Source: Nemertoderma westbladi
Lineage: Eukaryota > Animalia > Xenacoelomorpha
Assembly (NCBI GenBank): GCA_032718475.1
Contig: JAUCBJ010005705.1
Span: 1-36,893 of the forward strand
DNA: 36,893 nucleotides
Direction of reading: 5' to 3'
Of the stretch, positions 1-10,222 are shown piece after piece (within the stretch, counting starts at the first letter, position 1; each line of letters begins with the position of its first letter). The notes below the pieces were generated by a model, which searched no databases, was not told the origin of the DNA, and saw only the letters and a program-made list of their open reading frames with translations. Made by a program: the position numbers and the translations under genes.

Positions 1-903
1 GTATTTACCGATATTCTTAAGAAGACAATTGTCATAGAATTAAGGATCTTGTGTCCCCAGACATGTTCTGGAATCCAAATATGTCCATTTAATTATCAAA
101 TAATAAAATTTCAGGGAATCAATTTAAATTCATGCCTTTTAATGAATTTAATAAATTGCCATTTTTACGCAATTTATAAAGTTCCCAAAATTCCATTAAT
201 TAATAAATCAAGGGAGCGGAGATTTATCTTATCATGCGTACGAGTGTGTGAAAGTCTCCCAAACATAGTCAATAGCCGATAAAATTCATAAAGTCATGTA
301 TAAAACAGAACATTGACTATTAAAGAATACTATTAAATAACATCCCAGATCTGTATGCATTGGAACTACCCTAATTCTACCGCTCGCTTTGCATAATGTC
401 ACCATAGCAACAACCACGCTAGAATTAGAATTGAGTTAAAAGAACAATATAAAGCCTGTCCCATTGAATAGCATAGAGAATAAATAGCGCACTACTAGTA
501 TCCAAAGATACATAATAATACAGTGACATTCTGGAAGGCATTGACTAACGGACAAATGGCCCGAATGTGTGTAATTTGTGACAAGTTGTGTGTGTGGTAT
601 TTGTGAGTTTATAGGTGAATGTTACTGCTAAGGTGTGTTTACAGTAGCTAGTCGCAATCGTAAAAGTAACCTAACTCTCCAAGGAAAACCTGAAGTACAT
701 CTAAGTCTTTGGGACGGACAGTCGAGTGACTTGTGTCGGTTGTCGTTGTCGTTGTGCGGCTACGTCGTTGGCGAAAGCACAGCGGCGACGACACATCGGC
801 GCTGAGGATCTCGTACTGTCCGGGGGTTGATTGGGTAGGCAGCGACGCCCGCTCGCCTAAATATAAACTCATTATAATATGGATAAACTCATATATAGCA
901 GAT

Positions 904-2210
904 ATGACGGAGTTGATAGAAGATGGTCTTAGTATCGGGGAGCGATATACTCTACCTTTACAAGCGTTTGTCGATAGCTTGATATGCGGCGACGCTGATC
1001 CAACTACTACGGAGGACGATGGTCGTTATATCGAACCGCCAATGTCCCAAGAGCAACTTACGCGTGAATTGGATTATAGAAAGTTCACTGCTCGCTACAC
1101 GCACCGTAATGGTACGTATATGGGCTTCTTAACTACTGGTCATTCTATCAATTTACACAATACGGACTATGTCGACTATATATCCTGCCCAGCGGAGTCG
1201 GAACCATAAACTGAAATTCGAATGCGAAAATTCTATTCGAAATCGGCTCGAAAGAAAAGACATTAAAGAAACAAATAAACGCGGTAACTCCAACATATAT
1301 TGGTAATTCTTGATAGAAGCATTGTAACAACAAATAAATATCATCCGCGTTACCCCTACCAGATGTGCGTCTTTGGTATTATTACGATAAATGCCCTAGA
1401 TCCAGCCAATAAACGGAAAGACATAAACATCCACGGAAACGTTGTGTTAAACACAGTTGTGTTCGTTATATTTACTGGAGTTTCGAGCGAAACTTGTTTG
1501 ACGTACCACCTATGCTCACTCGGCTCGAACGATCCTGGAGTAAACCTACGATCAGAGTCCCGGAATACTCGATCAAACCTCCTCATTCCTTAGTTGGACC
1601 TCAGACCTGCGATCCTGGTGGTGTCGCGGATCCTCGTGGACTGTATTCACTGTTCAAAGATCTAGTGCTACCCTAACAATTAATCGGTAACACTCCGACA
1701 GTGATTTCTAGCTAGCCGCCCATCTTACCTAGCCGGATTGTGATGCGGACACCTAATATCACTATCCTACCGTATGGTCGTCCCCGTTTAACGCGATACA
1801 ACCCTTCATCAAGGTGAAGGAGAGTTTTGTACGAAACGAGTTAAACGTGATTCTATAAAGATCAAAAAGGAAACCTGCGTTTGTTCAGATAAACGTAAGT
1901 TATAACAGTAAGTCCAATCGATAAAGGAATTGGCCTTATCTCGGTTCGATTGGGAAATCTCGAATCTCTAAGAAGATATCAAGCTTAGAAAACCCTATTC
2001 TCTGCGAGAGTTTTGGACGAACATATCCCATGACAAGCGGAGGAAAATCAGCTCGAGGAGAAGCATATCGAAATGGACGAGACACCGACAGTAAACCCAA
2101 ACCTTCTAATGCAATCATATTGCACCCTTCACCCAGGAGTTATGGCCCTCCTAGTAAAGTGGTTCCCCCCAAAGAGAAAAGGACTCTTGCTAGCTTAAAA
2201 AACTGCGTAA
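904..2210 (+). pseudogene. Degraded copy of the accessory ORF2 of the BEL/Pao family
   Basis: MTELIEDGLSIGERYTLPLQAFVDSL...RELDYRKFTARYTH matches the ORF at 16436, and KPTIRVPEYSIKPPHSLV and PKPSNAIILHPSPRSY match later segments. It has frameshifts and deletions, including ~680 bp missing near 2082 (equivalent to ~17805-18485). Confidence 0.88.
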
Positions 2211-2313
2211 ACGCCGTCCGCGCGAGAAAGACTAACTGTTTAGAGTATCTTTAGGTTTTAGAAACTGTGATTTTTATATTTTATAGACTGAAAATCCCAT
2301 TTTCTGGGAGCGG

Positions 2314-3551
2314 TGTAAAAGCCTTTGCTGAATTGCCCCGTTATTTTTATTATCTTTTACATTAAAATACTCTGTAGTTGATTTAATAAGTGTAAGAGAC
2401 CGTATTATTGCTGTATCGGTGTTTTTAGAGGATCTAAGACCTATTTCCTCCGTATGTGTACTGTGAAAGGCATATTTTATGATTCTATGGCAATTCGTGA
2501 CGCAAAGGGGTGATAGCTACTCTTGAACAGTAGTTACTATGACTACGGTTAACAGCTGACATTCATACGTGTTGATTTCCTTTGTTCTACGGCGTCTCTC
2601 AGTTCAGTCAGCCAATTAGAGCGTTTTTGTGGCTCCTTGTACAGAAAATTTCCGAGAAATGACGCAATGCCTATGTGCAGTGTTTACATTCAGTCCTGAG
2701 CCAAAGAAAGAACGGCTTGGAAGTATTTTGTGCTTTACTGTTTTTAGTCTTACACTAGTAGGTTTAATTACAAGGACATATATCCTTTAACTACCTGACT
2801 CATGGAATCACTGCTGACTGATCATACATGCTGACTGCTGAAACATTGCAAACTCATAATAATCAGTGTTTTCATTGTTGTTTTATACTGCTATTTACCG
2901 TCAGTTCTTCATAATATGGTTGATGAATAATTATATTTGGAATAACGATAAATAACCCCGAAACCCAATATTCTTGATATACCGAAGGTAAGAGAGAAGG
3001 GTTACAGATAAACGATTGTGACTTATGTTAAAGTGGTTTGAAGTGAATCTAATGTTATTTGATAGACCCTACATGAGTCAGTCTGTGTTCCTTTTATATG
3101 TGACTAAAATCAGTGAAGATTGGCAGATTAGTGTGCAGTATTGTGCAGCATTGTGTATGAGTGAGTCTGTTAAAGAAGCAATTCCTAAAGAATGCGCCAT
3201 ATATGTGAATTATAATTAAGCCATATCGTTGTGAGTAGTTTAAGTCATAACTCTGTTTATATAGATAAAGCGCCACGTCCTAAAGGAACTGTTAATATTG
3301 CCGAAGGTGAATAACATTGTCAGAGATTATATAGTACTGTCAGTCGAATAATACATTAGGCTTACATAGCAATAAAATTAAACCGTCGAACCCAATCTCC
3401 CGGGAATATCCAGCGGGTGAATGATCGCGCACAGATTGGTTTCGACTAGTGTAGTGAATCAAATACTTGTCATAGACTAAAAACCGATTTAATATCTAGA
3501 GGACATCTTAATTTGGTGGGTTAAACTGCCAAAGGTCTGAAAGCGCGAACA
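2314..3551 (+). repeat. 3' LTR of the sister element (1238 bp)
   Basis: Starts TGTAAAAGC after the PPT GGGAGCGG (2306-2313) and ends GCGCGAACA. The 5' (U3) part is strongly diverged from the other LTRs, while the 3' half shares long identical blocks. Confidence 0.9.
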
Positions 3552-3921
3552 TATTGTTTTCCAGTTTTGGTTCAGCCGTTTTGAAATTATATCAATACTT
3601 CGTCAGAAAGCGGCACACATCAATAGAATTACAGGAAAACAATTAATATGTGCCTGGATTGAAAATTATACAAGATATTCATTAATAAAAAGTACCTTCC
3701 CGCGTTAAATTTTAATGCGATTTTAATGAACTATTATTTATTCAGTTCTTGTTTGGAGAACCATGTGAACGACCACCTAAATTTGTACAAAATTTGGGAG
3801 AATAATTTGACAAATTAAAAATCGTATTTCTTGCATTTTTGCTACTCTATTATAAAATGGACATGATGAACATGTAATTATTACACTTCTTATGCATTTT
3901 TGAACGAATTTACAAGAATGT

Positions 3922-4153
3922 GAGGTGGGGTTCAAGTCTCCCACCCTAGGTGTCAAGTCTCCCCCCCCCCCCCCCCCCCCCATTGAGGGAGACTTGACGC
4001 TTTTTCGAAAATACGAATAACTGGTTTACTTAAAAAAGTTTAAGAGTTGAAATTCTCAAACTCTCGCATAATGATAGCAATCATAAATGTAATGTGAAAA
4101 AGTTAAAACTGCATTGAGAAATTTATTTATCTGTTCTTTAGAGCTATTATAAC
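3922..4153 (-). mobile_element. Subterminal part of a probable TA-targeting (pogo/Tc1-like) DNA transposon remnant, split by the BEL insertion and continuing at 19799-19833
   Basis: The motif GGGAGACTTGA(A/C) or its complement TCAAGTCTCCC occurs three times around a C21 run (3961-3981). It occurs again at 19808-19823, followed by TCACTCACCC-TA, which looks like a terminus. The superfamily call is inference. Confidence 0.45.
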
Positions 4154-5289
4154 TGTAAAAGCTTTTGCGGACATAACAAGTCATTTTTACGCAATGCGCA
4201 GAATACTTTAAAATAGCCCTAAAATTATTCAACTACGCGTTGGAAAGGAATTAGAACCAGGATGACGAAATCTGTTAGCTGATTCTCTGTGTACGTGGAG
4301 GTTTCTTTGTTCCGGCTTTTAGCCAATCAGAGCAATTTTCACTTTACGGCTAACAGAGACCTACCTGAGAAACTCGCGCAATGCATGATGGTTATTATTA
4401 TTTTTCTGAGAATTAGATTCAGCTCAGAATTCTGTGCTTCTGTACGGCAGTTTCAGACTTTGGCACAGGAACATCTGATGGCCTTGGTTATAAGAACGTA
4501 AATCTATTAACCTGGAAACACCTTCTCATTGTAACACTGCCTTGTCATTTGACTTACTTAACTCATTTCATACAACTGAATCACTGAATCACCGCACTGT
4601 TTTACTTCTGTTTTATATAGTATTAATTGTTGTTATATTAATGGATGTTGATGTTATATTTGGAGAATACCGATAAATAATCATAAACCCCTCAATCTTA
4701 TTGATTACTGAGGTAAGAGGAAAAGAGTCTACCGGTAGCAACTGCGACTTAAATTATAGTGGTTTTGTGTGAATTAAATGCTATTTCATAATCCCTACGT
4801 GTGTCAGTTGCAATCCTCCTTATATATGATCAAATTCAGTGACGGTCGGCAAATTAGTGTGATGTAGTGTAAAGTAGTGTGAAATCGTGTGAAGTAGTGT
4901 CAAGGTTAATAAAGCATCTCCTAAAGAATGCGCTATTTACGAAACTCTGTGGCCATCTAGTTGTGATTAGTATAAGTCATAACTCTGTTTTTATACTTAA
5001 AGCGCCACGTCCTAAAGGAACTGTTAATATTTCCCCGAAAGTAAATATAGTTGTCAGAGATTATATAGTAGTGATCAATCGAATAATACAGAGTAGTTCT
5101 ACACTGCAATACTTCCCAAGGAACCCGAATCCAGTCTCCCACACCGTGGGTCATACGCCGCGCATGGACTGGCTTCGGCAGATGTAACTTCAGTACACCA
5201 GGTAATTGGTAAGGGCTAAAGTCGATTTATAAACAAGAGGACAATTAAAATTGGCAGGTTAAACTGCTAAAGGTCTGAAAGCGCGAACA
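4154..5289 (+). repeat. 5' LTR (1136 bp)
   Basis: TGTAAAAGCTTTTGCGG...GCGCGAACA, near-identical to 18719-19798. Contains a CCAAT box (~4322), TATA-like TATAAG (~4489) and AATAAA (~4908). Confidence 0.97.
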
Positions 5290-6621
5290 TTAATAGATTT
5301 TGGTTCTTTATTGCGCCGTAGGCAATAAAGTCGAATGTACCGGTCGGACGGTAAACTGTAGGCCTAATAACCCGAACCGGTACTTACCCAGTATTATTTC
5401 GATTGTGAAATATTGTATATTGTAGGCTGTTAGGGGATTAGGGATTGATCACCCCTTATTCCTTTGTATGGTTTACTTATTTCTGTCAGTTTTATTTATC
5501 TGTAAGTGTAATATTGAGCAGAAGGCGTGTAAGCCTGCTCAGATTGTATAAATAATTTGTAGGCCAGATTGTTGTCTAGATGTTGCTAGGTCTGAAGCGA
5601 TTGCAGTGTATGTAGAGTGTCTGTCCAATAAAGTGTTAGTTAGGAAGGTGGAGGCATCCAGTGCTGTAAGGTAAATCCTCCACGAAAGAATAAGCTGTAC
5701 TACTTGGTTAGAACGCCTACTAACTAACCATTTCGGAGTTTGCATATACTGTGGTTTATTTAGGCTTGACAGTAGTCTGCCAGCATTTGGTCTGTGTTTT
5801 ATTTGAATAGTCTATACGGGTAGCGTAATACTTATTATTCAGAGTTTATGCGATTATTCGCAACCTCCAACTCCCCAAGTTTATTCCTACAGTAATTGTG
5901 ATTGTTATACATACCGTTATAGTTAAATTAACCCCGGTACTACATCAGGGCTGCTTGGCGTAGGTAAAGACTGGTGATTTTGTGCTCCGGTCACTCCAGC
6001 AGATACCGTGGTTCTTTTGGCTGTTCACGTATATTTAACTGCTGGTTATTTGTTGTATAAGTACTTGTACCTAATTTAGGGTTTAGAGTACAGTGCTTTC
6101 CGAAAGTGATTTAGTGTGTAGGCAGTATATTTGTGTTGTAACGTGGTTAATAGGTACGTTAGCTCTGGTTGGCTTCGATAATTAACCTCTAGGTATAGGA
6201 CACTCCGGGTACATAACGTAGTACTTATAGTTTAAGACTATAAGTCGTTTAGGTCTTAATTAGGTCTTAATATCAGTTGAATTACTGCTTAATATCAGTA
6301 ATAAAGTAAAGGGAAATAACCCCTAAATTTCAGAAATTCAGTTATTATTAAATAATTGACATTACCGGTATTTACGGTAAGCTTATTATATTTGTATAAA
6401 TTTAGGCTGAAATTATATACCGGTATTCTGTGACTGATCCTAGTCTGTAAATAATACTTATATATATACTATAAGTGTATACCGGTATTTTAATATTAAA
6501 TATATATCACGTTATGCTGAGTAACGATATCGGTAACTACTAGGCTGACAGTGGATAATGAATTCCTAGACTTGCTTTAACTGTCATTATAGTGGTAGGC
6601 ATTCAACTGTAAAAATAAATC

Positions 6622-9600
6622 ATGTCTGACACAAAACAAACACTGTCAGATATTCTCCTGGAAAGAACGATCTGTGACCCAGATCAAAGTATAGAACATC
6701 TCAGACTGAAGTCTAAATCCCCTCCTACTGTAAGAAAGGTCATCCCTACAGTAGTTGTATCGGACCCTAGGCTAGTAAAGCACCATAGGTCTATTATAGG
6801 CACTAGGGCTCAAGTTAAGCGAGACCAGGAGATAGCTGCCAAACAACAACAACACCCGAACCGAGAACTTATTTCCCAACTGCGTAGTAACTCTAGTTCC
6901 GACACCGAAGAGTTAACGCCTAAGATCGGAACAAGGATGGAAGAAGCGGTTTATCCCGATCCACTTCTAATTCTTTATGGAGCCGTGCTCACTTGAGTAC
7001 TTATAGCTGTAGAAGAACATCAAGTGGATTGGATGAGAAATAAGAGATCGACCAGGGACAGTTATGCAGGATATCCAATGGAAGAACTAAGGTCTATTGT
7101 AAAGATGCAATGGAAGTTCCCTGGACCCGGACTCCTGTTTAACTTATCGGAAGCTGCCTGGGAAGACTTATACCGAATGGGGGTAGTAAGGAACACACGA
7201 GATCCCGCTGTATGGAAGAGGTCGGCAGCAGGATATGTCCAGGGATTCTTCAACTCCTTGGAACGGCTAGAAGAACATTTATTCCAATAACCACAAGGAC
7301 CTCAAGAGCAGGGAGAGCTGCTTTATCAAGTGCGAGAATGAATCTTGCGGATCAGATTGATCCTTTCAGCCTTTGAGGAAGCCTCGAAGAGAAGCCAAGA
7401 CACGTCGTTGCAAGTGGCTGTAAAGACTTGGTTCCAGCGAGTGAATGTTAAAGTCCAGGGAACGACACAATGGAAGGTTCAGCTAACTGAACGAGTAACC
7501 CACGGAGAATGTACAGATACAACCTTTTCTGCGAGGCGGTATCTGAAAGACCTAAGAAGAAGGATGCTATTGACATCTATCTGTCGGATTATCAATGATT
7601 CATAGGTGACAAAGAGTTAAGGAGACGGCTAGCTGGACTGCACCCCAATAGTGAGGGAGCCAAATTCGTGTTGGACTCTTTAGATGCGGAAATATTAGCT
7701 GCGGAGCAGGCTATTTGATGAAAGCATCCTTATCAGAATGGACCAAGAAGAACAAATAAAGAAAAGGCAAATAGAAGACCGAAGGCTAGCAGCAGCGGTA
7801 GCGGTAGTGGCAGAAGCTGAAAGAAAGGCGGCAGTGGCAGAGGCTGAAAGAAAAGCGGCGGCGGCAGAAGCTGAAAGAAAAGCGGCAGTGGCAGAGGCTG
7901 AAAGAAAAGCGGCAGCGGCAGAAGCTGAAAGAAAAGCGGTAGCGACAGCGGCAGTTGCAGAAGCAGAACAGAGGGCATCTGAAGCGACAGCCCAACTCAA
8001 GTTGGAGAACCGTCAAGCGAAACAAGATTACTTAAATAAACAAAGGGCAGCTCCTCAGATGCAACTACTGAGTCGATCTACTCCCAGAAGACAGGGATTT
8101 ACCTCCTCTGATGAAGGTGATACAACGGATCCTGAGGGTAAAGGTAATAAATCTCGTTCAAACGGACATAGAAGAGTGCCACACCATCAGAGGTTACCTA
8201 ATTTACCTCCTGCGGTGAGAAGGGAACTAGCTAATGTAGACTTAAGTAATCAAGAACCTACAGACCGAATTATTAGAGTAGAAAGACTCCCTACTATAGT
8301 AGATGGGCCTGAAATAATTAGGCCTGTTAGCGAAGCCACTCCTTTGATTGAGACCCCTTTACTTCCAGAACATAACTCTAAATTCCCTTTGCACAGTACC
8401 AAACTACCTGTGCCCAGTAGACAACTGCCGGAATTCCAAACAGTCCTGGACGCCAAGCAAGACATTATAAACAAATTGTCTCCCGTCGTCCCGATGCACC
8501 ATCCAGCTACTACGTTGGCGACTCCGACGACGGGGGATCGAGCAGCTGCTCAGACAGCTGGAAGGTAACAAAAATAAGTCTTCCAAACAAGTCCGAGAAT
8601 TGGAAGGCACTGTTCAACTGTTAAAGGGAACAGTAAAAGAGAGTAGGTTAGAGCTGCAAGAAGTACACCAAAGCATCGCTTTAGAGCGCGATAAATTAGT
8701 AAATATACAAATGGGTATACCACCACCCCCTGTAACAATGTGTCAGCCCGTTAGGTCTGAAGTATTTCATGCGCAAGGTGTGGAGCCTACACGCATCTAT
8801 ACTGCTAGCGAAGTAGAAACTCCTATAGTAAGTATTTATAAGCCTGTTGATAATGATATCCCATACAGATCTGATAATAATCCGAGAAATTTATATACCG
8901 ATAACTCGATATTAAATAATACGATGGCTCAAAAAAGTTTTACACGTCATATGGCTAGAACGGAAGCCCGTCAAGCGGTAAAAGTAGGAGAGGTCGTCAA
9001 GTTCAATGGAGATGAGATGAAATGGTTACCTTTTAATGAATATTATTATAAAGATAACATACAGAACTCCGTACTATCTAACGGAGAGAAACTACGATTC
9101 CTCATCGAGTGCTTGGAAGGACCTCCCAAGTTAATGGCATTAAAGTTTATTGGACATCCAGACGGATTGAGACAAGTTTGGGATACACTATATAGGACTA
9201 ACATAGCTAGGTATCTGTATGCGAAATTAGTAGCGCCCCAAAAGTTTCTTAGCAGCGGGATTATAGAGTTTTCCGATGAGATTCAGGAGATCTGTCGACA
9301 GCTAGATTGGTTAGGTAAGTCTCAGGAATACCAGAGTTCTATGGTTGTTGGAGCCGTAGCATCAACTTTGCCAAAGGGTGGAGTAGGTACTCGTTGGGAC
9401 AAAAGGGTTCTCTATATGATGGACCAGCAACAAAGAGACCCTACCATGGCTGATCTCATGTCATTCTTAAACGGAGAGGTAAGATTACAGCTCCTAAAGC
9501 AGTCCAGAGAGAAGACACCAGAAAGTAAGGTAAGCGAAAAACCCGTTACTAGGAGAAAGGTAACACCAGTGTGTTATACGGACGATGGCGAAAGCCAAAC

Positions 9601-10222
9601 TTCCTACGACGAGAACAGCGGTAAGGACACTGAAAGATCTTATTATGTCAATAAAGTTAGGAAAGACGTAAGTAAATCTAAGTCTCGAACCAGTGACAGG
9701 AGAGAACAGGTAACAACTCCCCCTACGTCTCCTAAGAGAATTCATGGAAGAAAGCCCAAAGAAAGAGCACGTGTACACAACATGACGCAGGTTAAGGTAA
9801 GTAACATCAAACCTAAATGTGTATTGTGCGACGGGCCACATCGCTTGAGTGGATGTGATGAATTCTTAAAGAAATCCCTGAAGGATAGACGTGATGTCAT
9901 GTGGGATAAGCGGTTGTGTTATAATTGCCTCAGACGAGGACATCAACGACGGACCTGTTACTCAGACGCGAAGTGTGCTAAGTGCGGCACGAAACATCAT
10001 ATCTTGCTGCACACAGAATTTGACAGGACCCGTACGAGTCAGGTAAGTGAGCCCGAACTACATGTCCAATTCAGTGATGTGAACGACACTGACCACAGTT
10101 CGGAGATGGAAGGATTCTACACGGATGAATTCTCAGACGAAAATGAATCCTGTTATATGATCAACACAACTGTGTATCGAGTGCTTACGTATGAGACCGA
10201 AACAGATGGAGAAGATCCTTGA
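6622..10222 (+). pseudogene. gag: gag region of the BEL/Pao polyprotein, interrupted by stops and frameshifts
   Basis: KFNGDEMKWLPF...LSNGEKLRFLIECLEG is a BEL gag (DUF1759-like) motif. Zinc knuckles CVLCDGPHRLSGC, CYNCLRRGHQRRTC and CAKCGTKHHILLH lie at ~9818-10012. The upstream ORFs at 6622, 7024, 7345 and 7738 share one frame. Confidence 0.85.
7807..7941 (+). repeat. 27-bp coding tandem repeat x5 encoding (V/A)AEAERKAA
   Basis: GTGGCAGAAGCTGAAAGAAAGGCGGCA and variants, with period 27. Confidence 0.93.

Larger units (their letters stand above)
1..3551 (+). mobile_element. 3' portion of a diverged sister BEL/Pao element (accessory region, PPT and 3' LTR); its 5' part lies outside the window
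   Basis: 1-2313 aligns collinearly with 15541-18718 (GTATTTACCGATA... at 1 and at 15541). It ends in the same GGGAGCGG|TGTAAAAGC junction and an LTR ending AAAGGTCTGAAAGCGCGAACA. Confidence 0.92.

Noticed and set aside
3926-3948. tRNA gene suggested by B-box-like GGTTCAAGTC (also at 19810)
   Set aside because: No same-strand A-box or cloverleaf; the motif is better explained as a transposon subterminal repeat.
4879-5187. Short ORFs within the LTRs (also 19466-19702 and 3025-3276)
   Set aside because: They are duplicated only because the LTRs are duplicated, and are not preserved as ORFs between the two LTR subfamilies.
4960-5289. Assignment of the LTR structure to a known ribozyme (group I, HDV-like, hammerhead)
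   Set aside because: Only partial motif resemblance: no AAGATATAGTC-like S element, no HDV P3/L3 and no CTGATGA core. Kept as an unassigned structure.
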